Source: an uncultured Ignavibacteriaceae bacterium
GTDB taxonomy: Bacteria > Bacteroidota > Ignavibacteria > Ignavibacteriales > Ignavibacteriaceae
Direction of reading: 5' to 3'
NCBI GenBank assembly: GCA_964515875.1
Contig: CAZEWJ010000001.1
Span: 88,740-152,739 of the forward strand
DNA: 64,000 nt
The notes under the pieces: generated by a model
What the model saw: the letters and a program-made list of their open reading frames with translations, nothing else
The model's database searches: none
What the model was told of the DNA's origin: nothing
Position numbers and translations under genes: made by a program
Shown: positions 20,431 to 29,476 of the stretch, one piece after another
Layout of the letters: every line of letters begins with the position of its first letter
Position numbering within the stretch: the stretch's first letter is position 1

Positions 20431-22485
20431 TTGGAGAAGAACAGAGCAATAAATATTATAGATAAGCTGATAATTTTATTTATGATGCTCTTCCTTCTCA
20501 GCCTCACCAATTCTATTTTCATTAATCAATTGGGGTATTATGGCAGCCTGCTGCTCATTCTTTTAAGATATTTTATCTCCAAAGAAAAACCATTTGAAAG
20601 ATGCGGTCTTGAGCTTGTTTTTATTTGGTTTGTTCTTGCAGAGTTGATATCAGGAATACTTTCAAATAATCAACCTGTTGCATTAAATCAGGGGTTAAAG
20701 AGAGCACTGCTTATACCCATAGTTTATGTTACTTTGGCGAGTGTAAAAAATTTCAAAACTGGTATAAAATTTTTTTGGGTTTATATCGGGGCTTCTCTTA
20801 TCACTTCTTTAATCTACATTTATTTCGCTTATGATGCTTATACCCATGGTGTTTATGGACTTGATGAAGCAGCCACATCTTTTTTCCAATATCCTATAAC
20901 AGCCGGCGAGATAATTAGCTTTTCAGTAATTTTTCTTTTTGCTTTTTTGATAAATGAAAAAGTAAACTGGAAATACAAACTTTTTCTTTTAACTGCTGCA
21001 GGAGTTGCAGGTCTTTCTTTAATTGCCACATATAAAAGAACAGGGTGGATAGGAACATTCGCGGGGATATTTATCATACTCCTTTTAAAAAGAGAATGGA
21101 GAATTATTATTCCCGGTCTGATTCTTTTTATAGTTTTAATTTTGATCCAGGAAGATGTTAGCAAAGTTTTTATATATAAATACGAAGATTCAAAGCTACA
21201 AAGGCTGAATACAATTGAAACCACCGGAAGAGCAGCCAACATCTTCTCTACTGATTCGGGATTTATTCTTAGTGATTATGAGAATGGGCTTGTTGTCTAT
21301 AAAGATACTTCTGTTGTTAATAAACTTTCCCTCCCTGCACCGGTTATAAATTATTATGACTGGAAGGATAATTATTCTATAGCAAACCTGATTGATACCA
21401 GATTTATTCTGCTCAAAAAAAAATCTAAAGGATGGAACATTAAAAGTGAATTTGTTTCAACGGGTAATACAAAAAAATCACTTATAAGTAATGGGAAATT
21501 CTATGTATTAGATTCAGACAGCGGGTTTACTATTTTTAATAATCCAGGTAATCTTACCGACACTATAAGATACCCTGAAATAAAACACTATTACACGTTC
21601 TGTATTGATTCCAGCTTTGCAATGTTTTATTCTCCCAATAAGCGAGTAACCATATTTAGTTTGAATGAAGGCAAATTAATTAATCAGATTTATGACTCAA
21701 CCTTAACCGGAGATGTTAACTGGGTTTATTATGATAACTCGAAATTTCTTTTATCAACTGATAAAATGCTTAAGCTATTCAAAGTTGATTATAAAGGACT
21801 GACCTTGATTGATTCAACTGTTGAAACAAAGGGTATATATAAATTTCAGAAAGATGAGGAAAAATTATTCGCCCTCGGAACGCCTGCCAGTATATATGAA
21901 ATATCAATTGAAGATAACAGGATAAAAGTTCTTTCAAAAAATTCTCTTGATTTTTTCCCGCAATACTTAAGCTATTCTAAAGGGAAAATATATTTTACTT
22001 ATGTAAAAAGAAGCAAGCTGAATAGTATCTGGGATCCATTAAATCCATCCAATGCTGTCAGGGTATCCCTGTGGCGAATAGGATGGGAAATATTTAAAGA
22101 TCATCCGATCTTTGGTGTGGGAGATATTCATTTGCAGGAATATCATAAGCAGTACAGAAAATATTATGAAAAAGAAATTCATGGTCATCTGCATAATAAT
22201 TTTGTTCATGTACTTGCTGCACTTGGGCTGTTCGGCTTTCTTGCTGTATGTTTTATGTTAGTTAAAATGTATATTATTAACTTTAGCATATACAAAAAGA
22301 ATAAGGAAAAAGAATTTATTTCATCCTACTCATTAGGAGTAATAGGTGCTCTTACTGCTTTTATCATATCAGGTTTAACAGAGATGAACATTTGGGATCA
22401 TGAAATAATAACTCTTGTTTATTTTAGTTTAGCACTTAATATAGCCTTAGACCGCCGGAATAATGATGAATCAAAAAATAATTGA
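20431..22485 (+). CDS. O-antigen ligase / Wzy_C-family membrane protein with a ~300-aa periplasmic repeat insert
   Basis: ATYKRTGWIGTFAGIFI before the insert and RVSLWRIGWEIFKDHPIFGVG...HGHLHNNFVHVLAALGLFGF after it. The insert (about nt 21151-22050) has 6 or so repeats of a beta-strand motif. TTG start. Confidence 0.6.
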   Translation: MEKNRAINIIDKLIILFMMLFLLSLTNSIFINQLGYYGSLLLILLRYFISKEKPFERCGLELVFIWFVLAELISGILSNNQPVALNQGLKRALLIPIVYVTLASVKNFKTGIKFFWVYIGASLITSLIYIYFAYDAYTHGVYGLDEAATSFFQYPITAGEIISFSVIFLFAFLINEKVNWKYKLFLLTAAGVAGLSLIATYKRTGWIGTFAGIFIILLLKREWRIIIPGLILFIVLILIQEDVSKVFIYKYEDSKLQRLNTIETTGRAANIFSTDSGFILSDYENGLVVYKDTSVVNKLSLPAPVINYYDWKDNYSIANLIDTRFILLKKKSKGWNIKSEFVSTGNTKKSLISNGKFYVLDSDSGFTIFNNPGNLTDTIRYPEIKHYYTFCIDSSFAMFYSPNKRVTIFSLNEGKLINQIYDSTLTGDVNWVYYDNSKFLLSTDKMLKLFKVDYKGLTLIDSTVETKGIYKFQKDEEKLFALGTPASIYEISIEDNRIKVLSKNSLDFFPQYLSYSKGKIYFTYVKRSKLNSIWDPLNPSNAVRVSLWRIGWEIFKDHPIFGVGDIHLQEYHKQYRKYYEKEIHGHLHNNFVHVLAALGLFGFLAVCFMLVKMYIINFSIYKKNKEKEFISSYSLGVIGALTAFIISGLTEMNIWDHEIITLVYFSLALNIALDRRNNDESKNN

Positions 22486-24007
22486 AAATGGAGCTTTAAT
22501 GAAAAATTCTGAAAGTGGTGAGATCTATAAAAAAATCGATGAATTTTCTTCTCCAATAAATTCAAATGTAAATGAAACAGCAATCATTCTCGCTGCTGGT
22601 CATGGAAAAAGGATAAAATCCCAAAAATCTAAAATGCTCCATAAGATCTGGGATGTTCCAACGGTTGAGCGTGTTTATAATGCTTGTAAGCAGGCTATTG
22701 ATGGGGTAAATATAATTGTTGTTGTTGGAATAAAAGCCAAGGATGTAATTGAAGTTATTGGAAAAAGAGAATCAACTCTTTTCGCTTACCAGGAAAATCA
22801 GAATGGAACCGGGCATGCTGTACAGGTGGCTTTGCAAAAATTAAACAGCAGTTTTACTGATGGAATTGTTTATATACTGCCGGGTGACATGGGTTTGATT
22901 GATAAAGAAACCATGGAAATGCTGAGAAATGAATTTATAAAAACAAAATCCGGGATGCTTGTTTTAACCGGACTTTTTAATGGCAATCCTTTTGAAAATT
23001 TTTATGGGAGAATAATCAGAGTTAAAGATTTTGATGAAAAAGAAAATCCCTCAGGGGATGATAAAGGAAAAGTTATTGAGATTATGGAACATAAGGACAT
23101 TCTTGCACTTGATGATAACGAGCCATATAGAATAAAATTCAACGGGAAAACCTATTCATATATAAAGAAAGAGCTGCTGGAGAATAACGAGTTCAACTCA
23201 GGCGTTTATGCCTTTGATTTCAAAAAACTCACATCACTTATAAATTCACTTTCGAGTGATAACGTTCAGAATGAAATTTACATAACAGATATGATATCTC
23301 TTTTTAATAAGAAGGGATATTCGGTAAATGCAATTAGTCCTATTAAACCTCACGTTGTAATGGGTTTTAATAATAAATCCGTACTTAAAGAAATGGAGAA
23401 TTTAGCGCGCAGTAATGTTTATGAAAAATTAAAAGATATAATTGAAATAAATGATCCGGATGATTTCTTCATTCATGAAAATGTTGTTGAAGATATTATT
23501 AAAATGGATAAGCAAAACATTCCTCTTGATATTTATATTGGGAGAGGCGTTCACATAGGTAAAGATGTTAAGCTTAATTATAATCTTGTGCTGCATAAAA
23601 ATGTTTATGTAAATGGTAATGTCCATTTTGGGCAGAATGTTGAGATTGGGCAGAACGTTCATCTTTCATGTTTTCCAAACCAGACATTTAAAATCGGTAA
23701 CAATGTTCAGATACTTTCAGGAGATATCATAAAAGGGAATATTATTATTGGAGACAGAACCAGGATCGAATCAAGTGTTAATATGACAGGCAGCGATGAA
23801 CATCCTTTACGGATCGGGGATGGGGTTCTGATTAAAGGAACAAGCTATGTTTTTGGTTCCATCATTGAAGATGGAATTCAAATAGAACATAGTGTAATTA
23901 TCAGGAAGAAAGTAGAAAGATTGGAAAAGAAGACGGGTGTTGTTCAGCCAATAAAATTTTATCTCCCTATGCCTGAAGGTATTGATGCAATAGAAGATTT
24001 GGATTAA
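22463..24007 (+). CDS. GlmU-like bifunctional nucleotidyltransferase / hexapeptide acyltransferase
   Basis: AIILAAGHGKRIKSQKSKMLHKI nucleotidyltransferase motif. C-terminal hexapeptide repeats. Longer than canonical GlmU. Start uncertain (the ORF overlaps the upstream gene by 23 nt). Confidence 0.6.
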   Translation: MMNQKIIENGALMKNSESGEIYKKIDEFSSPINSNVNETAIILAAGHGKRIKSQKSKMLHKIWDVPTVERVYNACKQAIDGVNIIVVVGIKAKDVIEVIGKRESTLFAYQENQNGTGHAVQVALQKLNSSFTDGIVYILPGDMGLIDKETMEMLRNEFIKTKSGMLVLTGLFNGNPFENFYGRIIRVKDFDEKENPSGDDKGKVIEIMEHKDILALDDNEPYRIKFNGKTYSYIKKELLENNEFNSGVYAFDFKKLTSLINSLSSDNVQNEIYITDMISLFNKKGYSVNAISPIKPHVVMGFNNKSVLKEMENLARSNVYEKLKDIIEINDPDDFFIHENVVEDIIKMDKQNIPLDIYIGRGVHIGKDVKLNYNLVLHKNVYVNGNVHFGQNVEIGQNVHLSCFPNQTFKIGNNVQILSGDIIKGNIIIGDRTRIESSVNMTGSDEHPLRIGDGVLIKGTSYVFGSIIEDGIQIEHSVIIRKKVERLEKKTGVVQPIKFYLPMPEGIDAIEDLD

Positions 24008-24029
24008 TAGTTAAAGAAAATAAACCATA

Positions 24030-24049
24030 GCACAGAATTTATTCTGTGC
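24030..24049. terminator. Hairpin between convergent genes (gcacagaat / attctgtgc)
   Basis: 9-bp inverted repeat read directly. No strong T tract on either strand. Confidence 0.4.
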
Positions 24050-24073
24050 CAACATAAATTATTTTAAATAGTT

Positions 24074-24343
24074 TTATTTAGAAGTTTCTTTTTGCAGCTT
24101 ATTAAGATGGCGGGTTAAAGCAGCTTTTTTACGCGAAGCATTATTTCTATGAATTTTATTTTTTACAGTACTCTTGTCCAGAATGGAAACAGCTTCCTTA
24201 TATAATTTTTCAGCTTCGGCTTTATCAGTGGTATTTAGTGTTTTTTTGTAGAGAGATTTTATTCTTGACTCAACTCTTTTGTTGATTTCTCTTTTCCTTT
24301 CGCTTGAACGAATCCTTTTCTTAGCTGATTTATGCGATGCCAT
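24074..24343 (-). CDS. rpsT: 30S ribosomal protein S20
   Basis: MASHKSAKKRIRSSERKREINK..., basic, 89 aa. Confidence 0.9.
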   Translation of the reverse strand: MASHKSAKKRIRSSERKREINKRVESRIKSLYKKTLNTTDKAEAEKLYKEAVSILDKSTVKNKIHRNNASRKKAALTRHLNKLQKETSK

Positions 24344-24469
24344 TAATTAACCTTATAATATTGAAAAATTGAGTCCAAATATATCCATTCACGGGTTTGA
24401 TGTCAAATATTAGATTTCGTAATTTTATCAATAAAAACAATTACTAGTGGCAGTTTTGCATTGTAAGAT

Positions 24470-24539
24470 GTCAGTCTGAGCGGAGTCGAAGACTGACATT
24501 TTGAAATGCAGTAAACACTTCGACTTCGCTCAGTGTGAC
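24470..24539. repeat. Two inverted copies of a GTCA(g/c)(t/a)CTGAGCG(g/a)AGTCGAAG hairpin unit
   Basis: gtcagtctgagcggagtcgaagactgac (24470-24497) and cacttcgacttcgctcagtgtgac (24516-24539). Confidence 0.7.
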
Positions 24540-24576
24540 AATAATAATTGCTTTTAAGATAACTTTAAGGATTACT

Positions 24577-25215
24577 TTGCTTAAGGTAAATGAAATATAT
24601 TTTTCAATTCAGGGAGAAAGCTCAAAAGCCGGGCTGCCTTGTATTTTTATACGACTCACTTACTGCAACCTACGATGCACTTACTGCGATACTGAATATG
24701 CGTTTTATGAAGGAAAAGATTATACGATTGAAGAGATTCTTAATGAAACAAAAAAATATAATTGCAAACTTGTTGAAGTAACAGGTGGCGAGCCGCTTGT
24801 TCAGGAGGAATGTATTGACCTGATGAAGAGATTATGCGATGAAGGTTATGAAGTTCTGCTTGAAACCGGAGGAAGCTTACCTGTAAAAAATGTTGATACA
24901 AGGGTAATGATTATAATGGATCTTAAATGTCCTTCAAGCGGAATGCTGAAAAAAAACCTTTATGAGAACATTGATTATATAAAATCAACTGATGAGATAA
25001 AGTTTGTGATTGGAAACAGGGAAGATTACGACTGGTCTAAAGAGATAATTGAAAAATATAGCCTCATCGGTAAATGCAGCATTCTCTTTTCTGTTGTATT
25101 TGGTGAGTTGGAGCCAGTGACATTGGTTGAATGGATTTTGGAAGATAAATTAAATGTAAGATTTCAGCTTCAGATGCATAAATTTATCTGGGATCCGGCA
25201 GCTAAAGGTGTCTGA
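24577..25215 (+). CDS. queE: 7-carboxy-7-deazaguanine synthase (radical SAM)
   Basis: EIYFSIQGE and CNLRCTYCD motifs. I prefer TTG at 24577, because the GTG at 24535 lies inside the repeat at 24470-24539. Confidence 0.85.
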   Translation: MLKVNEIYFSIQGESSKAGLPCIFIRLTYCNLRCTYCDTEYAFYEGKDYTIEEILNETKKYNCKLVEVTGGEPLVQEECIDLMKRLCDEGYEVLLETGGSLPVKNVDTRVMIIMDLKCPSSGMLKKNLYENIDYIKSTDEIKFVIGNREDYDWSKEIIEKYSLIGKCSILFSVVFGELEPVTLVEWILEDKLNVRFQLQMHKFIWDPAAKGV

Positions 25216-25628
25216 TGAAGATTGCAAAAGAATTCAGATGGGAAATGGGGCACCGATTACCCGAACATTTTGATAAATGCAAAAGTATTCATGGTCATTC
25301 TTATAAAATGATAATTGAGCTTGAAGGTGAAGTAGATGAATCCGGAATGGTGATGGATTATTATGAAATAAAGAAAATAATTAATCCAATAATTGAAATG
25401 CTCGATCATGCTTTTATGGTTTATAAAGAAGATAAAGAGATAATCTCTTTCCTCAAAAAAATGAAATCAAAAATGGTGGTAGTTGAATTCCAGTCAACAG
25501 TTGAGAATATCTGCAAACATTTTCTTAATGAGATAAAGAAAATCAGCCTGCCGAAAAATATTAAGAAAGTTTCAGTCCGAATTTATGAAACTGTGGATGA
25601 TTATGCTGAGGAATCTATTCAATTATGA
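25215..25628 (+). CDS. queD: 6-carboxy-5,6,7,8-tetrahydropterin synthase
   Basis: FRWEMGHRL, HGHSYKM and LDH motifs. TGATG junction with queE. Confidence 0.85.
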   Translation: MKIAKEFRWEMGHRLPEHFDKCKSIHGHSYKMIIELEGEVDESGMVMDYYEIKKIINPIIEMLDHAFMVYKEDKEIISFLKKMKSKMVVVEFQSTVENICKHFLNEIKKISLPKNIKKVSVRIYETVDDYAEESIQL

Positions 25629-25867
25629 ATGATACAAGTCCCGAAGCAAAAAAAATCCAGGATGAACTATTTGCCAAACTTTCCGGTGAAGAAAGATTAT
25701 TGATGGGGTTGGAAATGTTTGAAACCGCCAGAAAGATTGTACTATCATCATTCCCTGAAAACCTTCCTGAAAATGAAATAAGAAAAAGATTATTCCTTCG
25801 CTTTTATGGAAATGATTTTTCTGATGAGGAAAAAGAAAAGATTATGAAGAGAATGGATGAGATTTAA
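25625..25867 (+). CDS. Conserved-looking hypothetical protein (80 aa)
   Basis: ATGA overlap with queD. Helical. No function recognised. Confidence 0.45.
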   Translation: MNDTSPEAKKIQDELFAKLSGEERLLMGLEMFETARKIVLSSFPENLPENEIRKRLFLRFYGNDFSDEEKEKIMKRMDEI

Positions 25868-26028
25868 TAAGTTTTAACCCAAAATCACGATCTCGATCTC
25901 ACCAGTTTAATATTTTTATAACATTTCCCAATAATCACACATTTATTAAAAATCTTACATATTAAATTTGACTTACATTTATAAATTTTCTAACTTTACA
26001 AACGTTCATAATACATAAGGAGAAAGTT

Positions 26029-26259
26029 ATGGAAGTAGGATATGTGACATCTAAGGGGCAGTTGGTTATACCATCTAAAATGAGAAGAAGATATGGGATA
26101 AAACCGGGCACACGAGTTAATTTTTTTGAAGAAGATGACGGAATTAAAATAATTCCGGTTACTTCAGAAATAATCGAGGCAAATAAAGGATTTATGAAAA
26201 CAGGAGGGAAATTGTTGAAAGCCTTAATGGATGAGAAAAAGAAAGAGCGAGAGCTATGA
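26029..26259 (+). CDS. AbrB/SpoVT-family antitoxin (VapB-like)
   Basis: KGQLVIPSKMRRRYGIKPGTRV swapped-hairpin motif. AAGGAGA Shine-Dalgarno. 4-nt overlap with the PIN gene. Confidence 0.75.
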   Translation: MEVGYVTSKGQLVIPSKMRRRYGIKPGTRVNFFEEDDGIKIIPVTSEIIEANKGFMKTGGKLLKALMDEKKKEREL

Positions 26260-26654
26260 AGAAATATGTATTAGATAGCTACGCACTCCTGGCTTATGCT
26301 GAAAATGAAAAGGGAGCTGACACCGTAGAAGATTTACTTAAAAAGACACTTAATGATCAGGCTGAACTATTTCTCTGTGTAATTAACTGGGGGGAAATGT
26401 ATTACATAGCATTGCGTGAGGGTGGAAAGGATAGAGCAGAGCTATATAAAAATACTTTTGCCCGCTATCCGATAACTATTGTTGAAGCAAATAAAGAACT
26501 TACTCTGCAAGCAGCCCAGTACAAAGCATTTCATAAAATTTCTTATGCAGATGCCTTTGCGGCTGCTCTGGCAAAAATGAAAAAGGCCTTGCTTGTTACC
26601 GGAGACAAAGAGTTTAAAGCTTTGGAATCTGAGGTTAAAATTAGTTGGATTTAA
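26256..26654 (+). CDS. PIN-domain ribonuclease toxin (VapC-like)
   Basis: N-terminal YVLDSYALLAY (Asp), central WGEMYY region and C-terminal YADAFAAALA...LVTGDKEF acidic residues, as is typical of PIN domains. Confidence 0.8.
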   Translation: MKKYVLDSYALLAYAENEKGADTVEDLLKKTLNDQAELFLCVINWGEMYYIALREGGKDRAELYKNTFARYPITIVEANKELTLQAAQYKAFHKISYADAFAAALAKMKKALLVTGDKEFKALESEVKISWI

Positions 26655-26660
26655 AGTTCT

Positions 26661-28892
26661 ATGATATCAACTGATCAGAAAACAGAAATTATTGAATTAA
26701 TTAGAAGCACATACTTTTTTATTGGCAAAGAATCTGGAACCCAACTCAATGAAAATTCTTTATTCGGTAAAATCCCAGTAAATAGGTGTAAATGGCCAGT
26801 AAGATTTGTTCACGCTTTAACAACTTGCAAACAAATTGTATTCCTAAAAGATTTATTGAATACAGATTATGAAGAATTTTTTAAACTGAGTAATTGTGGA
26901 AAGAAAACTATTCATGATGCAAGGCAAACGGTTATTTTTTTTGTGAATAACAATTTTAATGTACTTTTAGATGATAGAAGCGCTGGTGGGGTAGTTTTAG
27001 AGGTGCCGGAATCAAAGGAAAAAGAAATTGTAACAGAAGAGAAATTTCATGGGTCAATTCAGAATAGTGAAGTAAACTCAACATTTAATTTTGTAACAGC
27101 CATTGAGGATTTATTTTCAGAGATTAATAAAAGAGACTTAGAAATTGCATTACAAAGATGGAGTTATGGAAAATTAATTCATTATGCGGAGATTGGGAAA
27201 AAATATAATATAACAAGAGAAAGAGTCAGACAAATTTTATATCAGATAATAAAAAATCTTAAGACTAAATACAGATATTATCTTAATGAGTGGGGACAAT
27301 TGCTTTTGGATAGACTGGTTCAGCAACCAAAACCAATAAATAAAGATATTCTTACAGAGTATAATCTTAAATATTCACCATATCTTTATTTAGGTTTATT
27401 TTCAGAAGTATTTGAAGAGGTTCCGTTCGATAAGTTTATGCCTAAAAGTTTTGAGCAGTTAAATAAACGTAAAATTATTTCTAATCCAAAGTGGGCAAAA
27501 ATAGTAGAAACATTAAATAACATTCCTCCCATGCTTGGACAAATAACACCCTCAAATATAGTCTCTATACTCTCATCAAAAGGATTTAGTCTTTCAGATC
27601 AATTGTTATGTTTTAAAATTATTTTGGGATTAAAAAAGTATTTCTTCTTCGAAGAAGGGACCAATTATTTTTTATTGCGTAGAGGAGGTATTAGAGATAT
27701 TTCTTATACAATTCTTAATAGTAGTGAAATACCCTTGAGTATTGATGAAATTTTAAGTGAAATGCGTAAGTATTACTATGATGGACCAAAATATGACTCA
27801 TTAGGTTCAGTTATTGGCAATATAAAACAGGATGAAAAAATAATACAATTTGATCGGTACAAATTTGGGATTGAGAGACATTTTTCATATTCCAGAGACG
27901 AATGGTTATTAATTTGTTCAATTGCTAAGATATTTTTGTCGGAAATAAAACGACAAAGTTATATTACTGAAATATTAGAAAAAGTATGTACAGACTTTCC
28001 TCTAATAAAATCGAAATATGAGCTGGTATATATTTTAAGAACTGATCCAGAAATAAAGGACCTTGGATTTTTCAATTTCACTCTCACTTCTTTCAATCAA
28101 GAAGAAAGAATAAAAGTAACTGAACTAATAAAAGAAATATTTAATAAAGAACCCAGCATTAAACATTTTCACGAAATAAGCGAGAAATTAAAAGAAAACA
28201 GATATATAAGAGATGAAGGGATTGGAACTTTATTAAGTAATCAAGATTTTCTTGAAAAATATCCTGGTGGATTTTATGGGCTTAAGGAACTTGCTGCCTA
28301 CAACCGAATAGCACTCTCAAAGAGAGAGAAATTTATTTGTTACTTAGTAAGCCAATATTTTTTCCCTAATACGGAAGTAAATAGGGTTCTAAACTATTTT
28401 GATTCGGAAGAGTTAAAACAGAATGCTTCTGACGTAATATATTCTTCAAACACATTATATATATATTCTTCTGATATGAATATTGATATAATATTAAATA
28501 ATAATTGGAGTGTAATTAAAAAGGTTAAATGTTTATTGTTCAATATTGATGAACCAATTTTCGAAGAGCAGTTAAATTGGATGTTAAAGGACTTGGGAAT
28601 AACCGCAGAAAAAAATGACTTTTACAAGATTAGAAATGAAACAACAATTAATTATTCTAATCACAAATATTCTTTTATAAAAACAGAACTTCCTCCCATA
28701 GAGTTAATAACAGTGCTAGATGATTGTTACAATTTTATAAATGATTCAGCTAGCTCTTTTAACTTAAATGAAATGTATGAACTAGTAAAAAATTACGTTT
28801 ATGATGAAATTAATTTTTCTCAATTCATGGTGGCGGTTAAGGAAGACGAAAGGTTTATAGTTACTGATAATAATCTAGTGCTTATTAAATGA
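26661..28892 (+). CDS. Multi-HTH protein: RNAP alpha-CTD-like HhH + sigma-70 region-4 HTH + three or more winged-helix (HARE-HTH-like) repeats
   Basis: aa 46-91 PVRFVHALTTCKQIVFLKDLLNTDYEEFFKLSNCGKKTIHDARQTV compares with the E. coli alpha-CTD. aa 157-201 ...HYAEIGKKYNITRERVRQILYQIIKNLK compares with RpoD 4.2 ([26 protein letters not shown]). There are repeats of about 60 aa downstream. Starts 6 nt after the vapC stop. Confidence 0.7.
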   Translation: MISTDQKTEIIELIRSTYFFIGKESGTQLNENSLFGKIPVNRCKWPVRFVHALTTCKQIVFLKDLLNTDYEEFFKLSNCGKKTIHDARQTVIFFVNNNFNVLLDDRSAGGVVLEVPESKEKEIVTEEKFHGSIQNSEVNSTFNFVTAIEDLFSEINKRDLEIALQRWSYGKLIHYAEIGKKYNITRERVRQILYQIIKNLKTKYRYYLNEWGQLLLDRLVQQPKPINKDILTEYNLKYSPYLYLGLFSEVFEEVPFDKFMPKSFEQLNKRKIISNPKWAKIVETLNNIPPMLGQITPSNIVSILSSKGFSLSDQLLCFKIILGLKKYFFFEEGTNYFLLRRGGIRDISYTILNSSEIPLSIDEILSEMRKYYYDGPKYDSLGSVIGNIKQDEKIIQFDRYKFGIERHFSYSRDEWLLICSIAKIFLSEIKRQSYITEILEKVCTDFPLIKSKYELVYILRTDPEIKDLGFFNFTLTSFNQEERIKVTELIKEIFNKEPSIKHFHEISEKLKENRYIRDEGIGTLLSNQDFLEKYPGGFYGLKELAAYNRIALSKREKFICYLVSQYFFPNTEVNRVLNYFDSEELKQNASDVIYSSNTLYIYSSDMNIDIILNNNWSVIKKVKCLLFNIDEPIFEEQLNWMLKDLGITAEKNDFYKIRNETTINYSNHKYSFIKTELPPIELITVLDDCYNFINDSASSFNLNEMYELVKNYVYDEINFSQFMVAVKEDERFIVTDNNLVLIK

Positions 28893-29476
28893 ACAAAAAA
28901 TTATCAAAGAAAGAAAAAACATTACTTACACTTTATAAAATTTCAAGTGGTAGAAAAAAAACTGTTCATTATGAGGATTTGTTAGTTGAAACATTTCTTT
29001 CTTATAAAAATGATTTTCAATTAAAACTATATCCTAAATATCCCGATTCTGATGTATTTAGATATATTATCTATTTCCAATTAAAGCCTGCTGGCTTAAT
29101 AAGAATAGCAAACAAACAATGTATTCTAACTGATTTAGGAATCAAATTTTCAAAAGAGTTATTAGGTGAGGGAAGAGATAATTATAATGCAGATAGATTA
29201 TTAATTAATCAAGAAATAGAGAGATTAATTAATTTGCAAGGTTTTTTAATGTTCAAAGAAAAAAAACAAGAAAAAATTATAGATCAGGACTTTTTTGATT
29301 TTTTTAAATCAAGTGTGCGTACAAAACCATTAGAATTACTTGGAAATATCAGCCAAATAGAAAGCGAAATTGATGGGTATTCAAAAATGAATAAAAGACT
29401 TTCAAATTTGTTATACGAATATTCGATCTTTTTGAAGAAAAAATTTTTCCATTTATATGAAGGAATAAAAAAATGA
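28889..29476 (+). CDS. Small protein (195 aa) with a putative N-terminal winged helix; unknown function
   Basis: 4-nt overlaps with both neighbours. aa 8-92 look like a wHTH (KEKTLLTLYKIS...VHYEDLLVETF...KPAGLIRIANKQCILTDLG). The rest is helical. Confidence 0.5.
   Translation: MNKKLSKKEKTLLTLYKISSGRKKTVHYEDLLVETFLSYKNDFQLKLYPKYPDSDVFRYIIYFQLKPAGLIRIANKQCILTDLGIKFSKELLGEGRDNYNADRLLINQEIERLINLQGFLMFKEKKQEKIIDQDFFDFFKSSVRTKPLELLGNISQIESEIDGYSKMNKRLSNLLYEYSIFLKKKFFHLYEGIKK

Noticed and set aside
24535-24576. GTG start of queE at 24535
   Set aside because: It lies inside the inverted repeat at 24470-24539. TTG at 24577 gives the usual short N-terminus before the QGE motif.
24344-24576. preQ1 riboswitch upstream of queE
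   Set aside because: I could not find the conserved preQ1-I/II core that I remember. The structured sequence here belongs to a hairpin-repeat family. An Infernal scan is needed for certainty.
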